Assembly (NCBI GenBank): GCA_966211675.1
Contig: CBIHPK010000002.1
Span: forward strand, 8,209 to 72,208
Origin: an uncultured Myxococcaceae bacterium
GTDB taxonomy: Bacteria > Myxococcota_A > Polyangia > Polyangiales > Ga0077539
Direction: 5' to 3'
Length of the DNA stretch: 64,000 nt
In this document: positions 38,166-47,334 of the stretch, piece after piece
How positions within the stretch are numbered: position 1 is the stretch's first letter
Layout: each line of letters begins with the position of its first letter
Made by a program: the position numbers and the translations under genes
Notes under the pieces: generated by a model
What the model saw: only the letters and a program-made list of their open reading frames with translations
Database searches by the model: none
What the model was told of the DNA's origin: nothing

Positions 38166-39986
38166 GTGAGCACGACGGACGAAAAGGGACACGACAGCGA
38201 TCCGCTCATCGGCCAGAACATCGCCGAAAACCGCTACAAGATCGTCAAGATCATCGGCGAGGGGGGGATGGGCAAGGTGTACCTCGGCGAGCAGAAGCTC
38301 GGCGACCGCGTACGCCCGGTGGCCATCAAGACGCTGCAGCCCGACCTCGCGGGTGACCCGCAGATCGTGGCGCGCTTCCACCGCGAGGCCGGCACCGTCT
38401 CGCTGCTCGACCACCCCAACACCATCAAGTTCTACGAGTCGGGGGAGCTCCCGGGCGGCAAGCTCTTCGTGGCCATGGAGTTCATCCAGGGCGAGAGCCT
38501 CGCGCACAGCATCGCCCGGGGCCCGCTCGCGCCGCAGCGCATCGAGCACGTCCTGCAGCAGGTGTGCGGCTCGCTCGCCGAGGCCCACGAGCACGGCATC
38601 GTGCACCGCGACCTGAAGCCCGAGAACATCATCCTCACGCAGAAGGGCTCCAAGGGAGACTTCGTGAAGGTGCTGGATTTCGGCATCGCCAAGCGCGACG
38701 AGTCCTCCGACGCGCAGGACGCCAAGCTTACCCGGCAAGGTATGGTGCTCGGCACGCCGCCGTACATGTCCCCGGAGCAGTTCACGGCCCAGCCGCTGCG
38801 CGCCACCAGCGACGTGTACTCGCTCGGCATCGTCGTCTACGAGATGCTCACCGGGCAGCTGCCCTTCGTGGCGAGCACGCCGTGGGAGTGGGCGACCAAG
38901 CACCTCACCGCGGCGCCGGTCCCCTTCGAGATGCACTCCAACGGGTCGACCATCCTCCCGCGCCACAAGGCCGCCGTGATGCGCGCCCTGGCCAAGGACC
39001 CATCGCAGCGCCCGCAGAACGTCATCGACTTCCTGAAGGAGTTCACCGGCGACACCGGCGCGAGCGCCGACTGGGCGGTCTCGACCAACCAGGGGCACTC
39101 CTCGGGTCCGCAGGGTCAGCAGATCCCGCCGACTGCGATGGTCCCGCAGCACCCGTCGCACCCGGGATCCAACCCGGGGATGCAGCAGCACCCGTCGCAC
39201 CCGGGCTCGCACCCGAGCGGTCCGGGCGTGCCGCAGACCATGGCGGTCAACTACCCCACGCCAACACCCTTCAACCCCTCGTCCAACCCCAACTTCGGTC
39301 AGCCCTCCAACCAGGGCTTCACCCCGGCGCCCTCCAACGCGGGCTTCAACCCCGTGCAGCCGCCGCCGTCCAACCCCGGGTTCCAGCCGGTCTCGGGCCA
39401 GGGCTACAACCCCTACGCCTCTCAGCAGGGCGGCTACAACTCGCAGCCCGGCGGCTACAACGCGCAGCCCGGCCAGCGCCCGAGCGGCGGCAGCGGCAAG
39501 ATCATCGCCGGCGTCGTCGCCCTGGTGGTCATCGTCGGCGGCGTCGCGGCCTTCGCTCTCTCCGGCAACGACGATCCCCCTGCCAACAACACCACCCCCC
39601 CGGTCGCCACCACGCCGGTCCCCACGGCCCCCGTCGGCGTGCAGACCCCGGTGGTCCCGGTGCAGAACCAGGTGCCCACCAACGGCATCCAGCCGATCCC
39701 GTCGCCCAACAACCCCAGCATCCAGCCGGTGCCCGCGCCCAACAACGGCAACGACATCCAGCCGATGCCCACCCCCGGCAACACCATCCAGCCGGTGCCG
39801 ACGCCCACCGCGCCCCCGCAGGTCATCCGCCGCCCGTCGAGCCCCTGCGGTCGCGAGTCCAGCATCGACGACCTCATCATCAACGGCCGGTGCTCGCAGG
39901 CGCAGTCGCTCTTCCGCTCGCTCCGCTCGGCGGGGTGTCGCGTGAGCGCCTCCGACCACTTCGGCACCGCCTGCGCCGCGCCCTGA
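38166..39986 (+). CDS. membrane Ser/Thr protein kinase (Hanks type) with low-complexity linker and extracytoplasmic Pro-rich/Cys tail
   Basis: GEGGMGKVY, VAIK, HRDLKPENIIL, DFGIAK and PPYMSPEQ. There is one TM helix (IIAGVVALVVIVGGVAAFAL). Internal repeats are QHPSHPGS x2 and IQP(I/V/M)P x4. Confidence 0.9.
   Translation: MSTTDEKGHDSDPLIGQNIAENRYKIVKIIGEGGMGKVYLGEQKLGDRVRPVAIKTLQPDLAGDPQIVARFHREAGTVSLLDHPNTIKFYESGELPGGKLFVAMEFIQGESLAHSIARGPLAPQRIEHVLQQVCGSLAEAHEHGIVHRDLKPENIILTQKGSKGDFVKVLDFGIAKRDESSDAQDAKLTRQGMVLGTPPYMSPEQFTAQPLRATSDVYSLGIVVYEMLTGQLPFVASTPWEWATKHLTAAPVPFEMHSNGSTILPRHKAAVMRALAKDPSQRPQNVIDFLKEFTGDTGASADWAVSTNQGHSSGPQGQQIPPTAMVPQHPSHPGSNPGMQQHPSHPGSHPSGPGVPQTMAVNYPTPTPFNPSSNPNFGQPSNQGFTPAPSNAGFNPVQPPPSNPGFQPVSGQGYNPYASQQGGYNSQPGGYNAQPGQRPSGGSGKIIAGVVALVVIVGGVAAFALSGNDDPPANNTTPPVATTPVPTAPVGVQTPVVPVQNQVPTNGIQPIPSPNNPSIQPVPAPNNGNDIQPMPTPGNTIQPVPTPTAPPQVIRRPSSPCGRESSIDDLIINGRCSQAQSLFRSLRSAGCRVSASDHFGTACAAP
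39147..39205 (+). repeat. 20-bp perfect direct repeat (period 39 nt) inside the kinase linker
   Basis: CAGCACCCGTCGCACCCGGG occurs at 39147-39166 and again at 39186-39205, in frame (QHPSHPG). Confidence 0.7.
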
Positions 39987-40307
39987 TCTCCGACCTCCCC
40001 CGACGCCACACCCCCACCGCCCCCGGCAAGCTCTTGCGTCGCGATGCGAACAGGATCATGGTCCCTACCGGTTCGCCGAACGAATGCTCCAGCAAGAGAC
40101 TTCATCGTTGCGTACCGGGTTCCGCCAACCAGAGGCTCCGAGACCCATGAACGGTTCACACACCTGCGCGCATGGAAGCGCCTTGCTGCTTGAGCCCGAA
40201 GTCTCCCCTCGGCGGGCCCCGACGCCTCCATCGCGCAGGGTGCGCGGTGCATCGAGGCACTCCCGCCGCGCCGCAGCGGCCGGGATCTTGAGGACATAGC
40301 GACCTTC

Positions 40308-40559
40308 ATGGGCATCAGTCCCTCGACTCGGTTGTCGTGGTCGGAAATCTGCTCCAATCGGAGCTTCCGGGGCCGCTGGGTGGCGCTGGACGACTGTCGC
40401 TACGATGAGCGCTCCAGCCAGCCCGCGGAGGGCACCGTCATCGACGCCGATGACGACCTCGGAGCGCTCTGCAACCGCATGAAGCAGGAGCAGCGTCGCA
40501 GCTGTGCGATCCTGTTCTGCGAGGGCCTCTCGGGCATCCGCACCTTCTTCAAGCACTGA
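40308..40559 (+). CDS. small hypothetical protein (83 aa)
   Basis: ATG ORF with GC3-biased codons from about codon 20 onward (RGRWVALDDCRYDE..GTVIDADDDLGALCNRM). No motif I can name with certainty. Confidence 0.45.
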   Translation: MGISPSTRLSWSEICSNRSFRGRWVALDDCRYDERSSQPAEGTVIDADDDLGALCNRMKQEQRRSCAILFCEGLSGIRTFFKH

Positions 40560-40601
40560 CCCCGACCCGGAGGGGATCTTCCCCTTCGAGGAGCGAGGGC
40601 G

Positions 40602-40934
40602 CTACCGCGGCGGCTTGATCGCTGCGGACAGGCGCGTCCGCACCTCGTCCGCCGTCAGCCCCACGACCCGCAGACGCTTGCTCCGGTTGGCGCTCCCGGC
40701 CACCACCGAGACGTCGCGCTTCGGCACCCCCAGCGCCTTCGCCAGCAGCGCCACCAGCGCCGCGTTGGCCTCGCCCTCCACCGGCGGCGCCGTGAGCGCG
40801 ACCCGCAGCGCCCCCTCTCGCACGCCCTCGATCGCCTCTCGCGACGACCTCGGCTGCGCCCGCACCGCGAAGCTCACCGACCCCTCCTCGGCCCCGAGGA
40901 GCAGCGCCGCCACCGGGTCGACCGCGTCGCTCAC
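40602..40934 (-). CDS. DUF167 (YggU) family protein
   Basis: 110 aa from a GTG overlapping the upstream stop (GTGA). RAQPRSSREAIEGV..LRVALTAPPVEGEANAALVALLAKALGVPKRDVSVVAGSANRSK is the YggU signature. Confidence 0.8.
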   Translation of the reverse strand: MSDAVDPVAALLLGAEEGSVSFAVRAQPRSSREAIEGVREGALRVALTAPPVEGEANAALVALLAKALGVPKRDVSVVAGSANRSKRLRVVGLTADEVRTRLSAAIKPPR

Positions 40935-41737
40935 CGCGGCTCCTCCAGCGCCACGGCCTCGACGATCTGCTGCCCGTCGTCGGGACCGAGCGGCTGTCCG
41001 GTGAAGGTGCCGAGGCGGCGAGCGAGGCGCAGGCCTCCGAGGGTGAGCAGCGCGCGGAGCTCGTTGGGGAAGATCTGCCGCTGCGTGAGCAGGGTCTCGT
41101 GCGCGGGGGACCCGTCCTGCGGCTCGAAGCGGATGGTCACGTGCTGCACCTGCTTGATCGGGTCGTAGCGGAAGCGCTCGGTGTAGCGCACGCGGACGCC
41201 CAGCGTGGGGTGCTTGATGGGACGGCCGACGTAGGCGCGGTCCGGGTCGCGGGCGAGCTCCGAGGGGGAGGGGACGCGCACGTCGAAGATGAAGCGCCCG
41301 CCGGGCGCGAGGTGCGCCCGCACACAGCGGAAGCAGGCGGCGATCTCGTCGGGCTCGTAGAGGTGCAGCAGCGCGTTGAAGGGCGCCGTGATCAGCGGAA
41401 AGGTGCGGCCGAGGTCGAAGCGGCGCATGTCGCCCCGGCGCAGCGAGAGCCTCCCCCGGGGGACGCCCTTGCGCTTCGCCGTCTCCCGGGCCTGCGCCAG
41501 CATCGCGGCGTTGAGGTCGAGGCCCAGCACCTCCGCGCCGTCGAGCGCCGTCGGGATCGCCACGCGCCCGCTCCCCACGCCCAGCTCCAGCACCGGGGCT
41601 CCGCAGCGGCGCGCGGCGTCGCGGTAGAAGGCCACGTCCTCCGCGCGGCGGGCATACGTGTGGTCGTAATACGCCGCGTCGTCGTAGTGCTCCCGAGAGC
41701 CTCGCTCCAGCGGGTCGGAGCCGTCGCGGCGGATCAT
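40931..41737 (-). CDS. class I SAM-dependent methyltransferase
   Basis: Motif I VLELGVGSGRVAIP, post-I LGLDLNAAML and motif III-like HLAPGGRFIFD. ATGA overlap with the upstream gene. Confidence 0.85.
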   Translation of the reverse strand: MIRRDGSDPLERGSREHYDDAAYYDHTYARRAEDVAFYRDAARRCGAPVLELGVGSGRVAIPTALDGAEVLGLDLNAAMLAQARETAKRKGVPRGRLSLRRGDMRRFDLGRTFPLITAPFNALLHLYEPDEIAACFRCVRAHLAPGGRFIFDVRVPSPSELARDPDRAYVGRPIKHPTLGVRVRYTERFRYDPIKQVQHVTIRFEPQDGSPAHETLLTQRQIFPNELRALLTLGGLRLARRLGTFTGQPLGPDDGQQIVEAVALEEPR

Positions 41738-42324
41738 CGCGCGCCCCCCGCATCGGGCGCGGGCGTGTTGGTGGTCGCGGTCCACTCGGCGACCTTCCAG
41801 GCGCCGTCGAGGAGCACCAGCACCAGGCGCTGTCCACGGCGGCTCTCCACCATCCGCGCGTCGTCGGGGGAGGGGCCCGTGGCGTGCGCCTCGCCCAGCA
41901 CCAGCCGCCGAGCGAGGCCGTCGCTCGCGGGCGGGAGCTCCGTCACCGTCACCCGCTCCAGCCGGTAGCGCGACGCCTCGCGAAAGACCCGCACCCGGCG
42001 GAAGAGCTCGGCGTGCTCCGGCGGCAGCTCGGCCCCCGCTCGCTCGTCCCGACGGCACCGGGCCAGCGTCTCGCCCGTCGCCAGCGCCGCCGCGTCGACG
42101 TAGTGCGCCCGCCAGAAGGCCCGCAGGAAGCGCTCGGCCACCGCGCCCGGCGATCCCGGCGCGTACGCGTGCTCGTCGTCCACCGCCGGGGGCGGCTCTC
42201 CCGCGACCCTCGCCGCCGGGGCCTCCTCGTGCGCCCGCTCGGCCACCGCCGACGGAGCCGGCGGGCGCGTCAGCAGCAGCACCGCGCCCAGCGCCGCCAC
42301 CGTGGATACGCCCGCCATCGCCAT
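41734..42324 (-). CDS. membrane-anchored hypothetical protein
   Basis: Start placed at MAMAGVSTVAALGAVLLL (N-terminal TM anchor). It sits in an operon with flanking genes. No recognisable domain. Confidence 0.5.
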   Translation of the reverse strand: MAMAGVSTVAALGAVLLLTRPPAPSAVAERAHEEAPAARVAGEPPPAVDDEHAYAPGSPGAVAERFLRAFWRAHYVDAAALATGETLARCRRDERAGAELPPEHAELFRRVRVFREASRYRLERVTVTELPPASDGLARRLVLGEAHATGPSPDDARMVESRRGQRLVLVLLDGAWKVAEWTATTNTPAPDAGGAR

Positions 42325-42344
42325 CACCCGCGTCTGCTTCGCGC

Positions 42345-43157
42345 TCACTCCAGCCGCCCCGCGCGCAGCGCCGCCACCACCTCCGCGAAGCCATCGGGGC
42401 CATCGCCCTCGGTCGCGTAGGCGGGCCACGAGGTCATCCGTCCCCCGAAGCGCCGCACCCCCGCGACGCCCACGGAGAGGGCCATCGCGCCGAAGGGCCC
42501 CGCGTCGTTGGGGCTGTCGCCCACGTAGACCCAGCGCTCGTCGAGCGCGCCCGCGTCCAGGCCCAGCGCCCCGAGCGCGGCCCGCAGGCCCGCGACCTTG
42601 TCCGCCCGGCGGTAGCTCACGTGCATGTGGATGCTGCTGGTCACGCCCTCGAGCCCCGCGTCACGCACCATCGCCAGCGCCTCTCGCACCTCTGCCGGGT
42701 CGACGGTCACGCGCTCGCCGATGTCCAGGGCCACGTCCGTCACCCTCGCCGCCGCGTCCTCGACCACGCGCAGCGACGGGAGCCGATGGACGATCCCTCG
42801 AACGCACTCCGCCACCCTTCGCATGCCCTCGTCGCGCACCTCGTCCGGCTCCATGAACGCCACGCGCAGCCCGCGGTCTTCCCGCAGCACGTACGCCCCG
42901 CCGTTCTCCGTGACCACCGCGCGCACCGGGAGCACCCTCGCCAGCACCGATCCCCAGCCCAGCGAGCGGCCGGTGGCCAGAACGCAGGGCAGGCCCAGCG
43001 AGCGCACCTCCTCCAGCGCGGCCATCACCCCCGCGGTGAGCTCGCCGTGGCGGGTGAGCGTGTCGTCGATGTCCGACGCGACGCCCACCACGGAGCGCCA
43101 CCGGTCAGCGGGCACCGCGGCCAGCGGGAGGCAGCGCTCGTCGCCGCCGGGGCTCAT
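42345..43157 (-). CDS. HAD-superfamily (IIB, Cof-like) phosphatase
   Basis: Motif I ASDIDDTLT, motif II LATGRS and motif IV YVGDSPNDAGPF. The start at ATG 43157 overlaps the rlmI stop (ATGA). Confidence 0.8.
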   Translation of the reverse strand: MSPGGDERCLPLAAVPADRWRSVVGVASDIDDTLTRHGELTAGVMAALEEVRSLGLPCVLATGRSLGWGSVLARVLPVRAVVTENGGAYVLREDRGLRVAFMEPDEVRDEGMRRVAECVRGIVHRLPSLRVVEDAAARVTDVALDIGERVTVDPAEVREALAMVRDAGLEGVTSSIHMHVSYRRADKVAGLRAALGALGLDAGALDERWVYVGDSPNDAGPFGAMALSVGVAGVRRFGGRMTSWPAYATEGDGPDGFAEVVAALRAGRLE

Positions 43158-44356
43158 GTGATCCGCAGCGTGGCGCACTTCAGGTAGCGCCCCTCGGCGA
43201 AGGCCAGCGGCGTCGGGTGATCGCTCGCCGCGCCGTCGAGCCGCAGCATCACCGCGTCACGGCCCGCGTCGCGCACGCCCGCCAGCACCGCGCGGATGAA
43301 CTCCTCGGGCGTCACGTGCCCCGAGCACGAGCAGGTCACCATCACCCCGCCGGTGGTCACCCGCCGCGCCGCCTCGGAGTTGACCTTGCGGTAGTGCCGC
43401 AGCGCCCCCTCGACCTCGCGCGCGTTGCTCGCCAGCTTCGGCGGGTCGCAGATCACCAGGTCGAAGCGCTCGTTCTTCTGGTCGAGGGCGACCGCCACCT
43501 TGAGGGCGTCGCCGCGCTCGAAGCGCACCACGCCGCCCACGCCGTTGGCCTCCGCCGCCGCGGTCGCCGCCGCGATCGCCCCGGCCGCGCTGTCGACGCC
43601 GAGCACCTCCGCCGCCCCGCCCCGCGCCGCCGCCATGGAGAAGCCGCCCAGGTAGCAGAACAGGTCGAGCACCCGCCGCCCGGAGGCCATCGCGGCCACC
43701 CGGGCGCGGTTGTCCCGCTGGTCGAAGAAGTAGCCCGTCTTCTGCCCGGAGCCCGCACGGCCCGGCGCCGGGAGCGACCAGGTGTTACCCCCCTCGGTAA
43801 AGGTCAGCGCCTCCGCGTCGTCGCCCAGCAGGATGCCCTCGCGGGGGGTGATCCCCTCCAGGGTCTGGTGCTTCGGGGACGACACCTCGAAGACCCGCTT
43901 CGCCCCGGTGACCTGGCGCAGCGCCTCGGCGATGGCCGCCTCGCGGCGCTTCATCCCGACGGTCAGGAGCTGCACCACCACGCTGTCGCCGAAGACGTCC
44001 GCGATGAGCCCGGCGAGCCCGTCGCCCTCGGCGTTGACCAGCCGGTAGCCGTCGGTCCCCGGCGCGGGAAGGTTCAGGAGCGAGCGACGCCAGCCGGCCG
44101 CCTCGGCGATGCGCTTGTGAAGCCATCGCTCGTCGAGCTCCGCGGAGACGTCGCGGGTGAGCACCCGCACCGGGATGGCGCTCGAGGGCGACCAGTAGCC
44201 CCGACCCAGGGGGTTGCCTCGCGGGTCGCGCACGATCACGTCGTCGCCGGGCGCGGGCTCGCCCTCCACCCGGCCGACGGCCTGGGCGTACACCCACGGG
44301 TGCCCGAGCCAGACCGGCTGCACGTGTCCAGGGCGGAGATGAACGGTCGCGACCAT
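43154..44356 (-). CDS. rlmI: 23S rRNA (cytosine-C5)-methyltransferase RlmI-type (PUA + class I MTase)
   Basis: MVATVHLRPGHVQPVWLGHPWVY, a PUA-like VIVRDPRGNPLGRGYW, SAM site VLDLFCYLGGFS and catalytic LVICDPPKLA. The listed ORF's 114-codon N-terminal extension is rejected. Confidence 0.85.
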   Translation of the reverse strand: MVATVHLRPGHVQPVWLGHPWVYAQAVGRVEGEPAPGDDVIVRDPRGNPLGRGYWSPSSAIPVRVLTRDVSAELDERWLHKRIAEAAGWRRSLLNLPAPGTDGYRLVNAEGDGLAGLIADVFGDSVVVQLLTVGMKRREAAIAEALRQVTGAKRVFEVSSPKHQTLEGITPREGILLGDDAEALTFTEGGNTWSLPAPGRAGSGQKTGYFFDQRDNRARVAAMASGRRVLDLFCYLGGFSMAAARGGAAEVLGVDSAAGAIAAATAAAEANGVGGVVRFERGDALKVAVALDQKNERFDLVICDPPKLASNAREVEGALRHYRKVNSEAARRVTTGGVMVTCSCSGHVTPEEFIRAVLAGVRDAGRDAVMLRLDGAASDHPTPLAFAEGRYLKCATLRIT

Positions 44357-44417
44357 AGCGGGTTGTGTCCTCTGCGCGGCTCTACGCGATGCGACCCTCG
44401 CCGCGCAAGCCGCGAGG

Positions 44418-45641
44418 TTGTCCGGGCGGGCGCGCCGTGCAAAGGCTGCCGTTGCCGTGAGTGCGACCAGACCGAGGCCCGTGCCGGCCTTCAACCCGTG
44501 GCGGCGGCGCTTCCTCGCCCGGGTGCTCGGATCCATCGGGCTGATGCAGCTCCCCGCCGTGGTGCTGCTCTCGGCGGCGCTGCACCGGCTCAGCGGCGCC
44601 GGGCTCGTCGGGTGCGCCGCGGCCTCGCTGGTCCTGCACCTCGCGGGCGTCTCCGTGCTGGTCCACCGGCTGCGCTGGTGGATCGACGACGTCCGCATGC
44701 CGTGGTGGCGGGCGTGGCTGCTGGAGGTCCCCTATGCAGTGTACGCGAGCGGGTGCTTCCTCGCGGCGCCCGTCGCGTGGGCGGTGCTCCTCGGCGCAGG
44801 CGTCGCCGCGCTCGCGCATCATCCCGCGCCGCTGCTCCGCTGGCTCGGGCCGGTGTACGCGGTCGCGGGGCTGCTCAGCCTCTGGGGCAGCACCGCGGGC
44901 AGGGCGTGGGCGAGGGTGACCCGGGTGGAGGTCCCGGTGGTCGGGCTGCCGGAGGCCTTCGACGGGTACCGCGTCGCCCACGTCTCGGACGTCCACTGCG
45001 GGCCCTATGTGCCGGGGTGGATGCTCGACCGATGGGCGAGGGCGGTGCGCTCGCTGAAGCCCGACCTCGTGGCCCTCACCGGCGACCTCATCACCGTGGG
45101 AGACGGGTACCTCGACGACGTCACGGCCTTCGCGAGAGGCCTCGCCGCGAGGGACGGCGTGGTCGCGTGCATGGGCAACCACGACTACTTCCAGACCGTC
45201 GACGGGGTGGTGGAGGCGCTCGATCGGGCGGGCGTCACGCTGCTCCGCAACCGCGCCACGAGCGTCTCCCGAGGCGGCGCGACGCTGCACCTCGCCGGGG
45301 TCGACGACCGCTGGACCCACCGGGACGACGTCGACCTCGCGCTCCGCGGCATCCCCGAGGGGGAGCCCGTGGTGATGCTCGCCCACGACCCCTCCGGGTG
45401 GCCCGACATCGCCCGACGGGGCGTGGCGCTCACCCTGAGCGGGCACACCCACGGGGGGCAGTTCGGGCTGCCCGTGGGCTCGCGGCTCAACCTCGGCCGG
45501 CTCGCGTCGCGCTTCTCCGCGGGGCTCTTTCGAGACGGGGCGAGCGCCCTCTTCGTGAGCCGCGGCATCGGGACGACCGGCGTCCCGACGCGCGTCGGGA
45601 TGGCCGCGGAGATCGCGCTGCTGGTGCTGCGCCGGGCCTGA
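44418..45641 (+). CDS. membrane-anchored metallophosphoesterase (YkuE/calcineurin-like)
   Basis: About 4 N-terminal TM helices, then VAHVSDVHCG, LTGDLI, MGNHDY and LSGHTHGGQ. The exact start is uncertain. Confidence 0.8.
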   Translation: MSGRARRAKAAVAVSATRPRPVPAFNPWRRRFLARVLGSIGLMQLPAVVLLSAALHRLSGAGLVGCAAASLVLHLAGVSVLVHRLRWWIDDVRMPWWRAWLLEVPYAVYASGCFLAAPVAWAVLLGAGVAALAHHPAPLLRWLGPVYAVAGLLSLWGSTAGRAWARVTRVEVPVVGLPEAFDGYRVAHVSDVHCGPYVPGWMLDRWARAVRSLKPDLVALTGDLITVGDGYLDDVTAFARGLAARDGVVACMGNHDYFQTVDGVVEALDRAGVTLLRNRATSVSRGGATLHLAGVDDRWTHRDDVDLALRGIPEGEPVVMLAHDPSGWPDIARRGVALTLSGHTHGGQFGLPVGSRLNLGRLASRFSAGLFRDGASALFVSRGIGTTGVPTRVGMAAEIALLVLRRA

Positions 45642-45700
45642 GCGCGGGCGCTCTCCCACGGAGTCACCTGTGATAGCCTGCGAGCTCGGCTGAAAAGCGC

Positions 45701-47311
45701 ATGAACGCCACGTCCGGCACAGCACCGCCCAAGGGGCGTGGAGACCCCTTCGGTCTCGTCGGAGCGAGGCTCGACTCCCGCTACGAGGTCGGCGAGGTCG
45801 TGGCGCAGGGCGGCTTCGGGGTCGTGTATCGCGCGCAGCACCGCGAGCTCCGCAAGCCCGTCGCCATCAAGGTGCTGAAGACCCCGGCGGACTTCACCCC
45901 GAGGCAGCAGGCGGACTTCCTGCGGCGCTTCCAGGAGGAGGCGCGCACCGTCGCGCAGCTCGACCACCCGCACATCGTCCGGGTGCTCGACTTCGGCACC
46001 TCCATCATGCCCAGCGGCGCCCGCGCTCCGTGGATGGCGCTCGAGTGGCTCGAGGGCGTGACCCTGGAGTCGGACTTCGACGCGCGCATCCAGACCGGCT
46101 CCGGCGGGCGATCCCCGGCGGAGTGCGCGGCGCTGATGTTCCCGGTGATCGAGGCCGTCGGCGTGGCCCACGACGAGGGCGTCGTCCACCGCGACATCAA
46201 GCCCAGCAACCTGATGATCGTGACCGGGCGGCGCGGCGACCCGAGGCTGAAGCTGCTGGATTTCGGCATCGCCAAGGTGATGGCCCCGGAGGAGCGGCGC
46301 TCCGCCGACCGGGCGCTGACCCTCACCCAGGTGCAGGCCTTCTCCCCGGACTACGCCGCCCCGGAGCAGGTCAGCGGCACCCGCACCGGACCGTGGACGG
46401 ACGTCCACTCGCTCGCCCTCCTGATGTCCGAGATGCTCACCGCGGCGGTCCCCTTCGAGGGCGCCGACTCCATGGAGATGTGCGCCAACGTGCTGGCCCC
46501 GAGGCGCCCCACGCCCGGTCGCTTCGGCGTCGACGTCGGGCCCTGGGAGGCGGTGCTCGCCAGGGCGCTCTCGCTCGATCCCACCAGCCGTTACAGCAAC
46601 GCGAGCGAGCTCCTCGACGCGCTGATGGACAACCTCCCGCCGGGCGTCAGCCCCAGCGAGGTGATGCGCATCTCCCAGACCGGCGCCCTCCGACCGACCC
46701 CGACGCCCAACATCCCGACGCCCACCGACGGGATCAGTCCCCTCCAGAGCGCTCGCGTCGAGCAGCTCGCTCCCACCGCCCGGCCGCCCTCGATGCTCGA
46801 CCTGGGCCGCGCCCCGACCCTGCTCGCCGAGCCCGACCTGCGCACGGCGTCCACCAGCCCGCCCCCGTCGCCGGACTCCGGCTCCTTCCTGCCCCCATCG
46901 TCCCAGCAGGGCATCCCCACGGAGCCCATCGCTCGCCCTCGCTCCTTCGTGGCTCCGCTGCTCGTCGTGATCGGGCTCTTCTTCGGCGGCCTCGTCGCCT
47001 CCGCGGTGGTCCTGCTGCTGCGCCCGGCTCCGGCGACCGTCGCCCTCTCGAACCATCCCCACGCCTCGCCCCCGCGCCTCCTCCCTCCCGCCGTCGTCGC
47101 CGTCGCTCCGCGGCCGGTGGTGCCTGCCGCCCCGGCGCAGGTCGACGCCTCCGCGGCCGTCCCCGTGATCGTCGATGCCTCCGCCGTCGACGCTCCGGCG
47201 CTCGTCGATGCCTCCGCGGCCGAGGAGTCACCCCGGCACCGATCGTCCCATCACCGCTCGCGCCACGGCCACCGCCACCATCACCACCGCTCGCGCGTCC
47301 CCGCGGAGTGA
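45701..47311 (+). CDS. membrane Ser/Thr protein kinase with VDAS-repeat and His/Arg-rich C-terminal tail
   Basis: GGFGVVY, VAIKVL, HRDIKPSNLMI, DFGIAKV and YAAPEQ. TM helix is FVAPLLVVIGLFFGGLVASAVVLLL. The tail is ..VDASAAVPVIVDASAVDAPALVDASAAEESPRHRSSHHRSRHGHRHHHHRSR. Confidence 0.9.
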   Translation: MNATSGTAPPKGRGDPFGLVGARLDSRYEVGEVVAQGGFGVVYRAQHRELRKPVAIKVLKTPADFTPRQQADFLRRFQEEARTVAQLDHPHIVRVLDFGTSIMPSGARAPWMALEWLEGVTLESDFDARIQTGSGGRSPAECAALMFPVIEAVGVAHDEGVVHRDIKPSNLMIVTGRRGDPRLKLLDFGIAKVMAPEERRSADRALTLTQVQAFSPDYAAPEQVSGTRTGPWTDVHSLALLMSEMLTAAVPFEGADSMEMCANVLAPRRPTPGRFGVDVGPWEAVLARALSLDPTSRYSNASELLDALMDNLPPGVSPSEVMRISQTGALRPTPTPNIPTPTDGISPLQSARVEQLAPTARPPSMLDLGRAPTLLAEPDLRTASTSPPPSPDSGSFLPPSSQQGIPTEPIARPRSFVAPLLVVIGLFFGGLVASAVVLLLRPAPATVALSNHPHASPPRLLPPAVVAVAPRPVVPAAPAQVDASAAVPVIVDASAVDAPALVDASAAEESPRHRSSHHRSRHGHRHHHHRSRVPAE

Positions 47312-47334
47312 GCGCGCGCGCTACGCTCTTCGCC

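Noticed and set aside
39455-40556. Minus-strand ORFs of 300 aa and 163 aa crossing the kinase 3' end, the spacer and the 83-aa ORF.
   Set aside because: They are antisense to a well-supported kinase gene over part of their length, have no motifs and have poor codon bias across the low-GC spacer.
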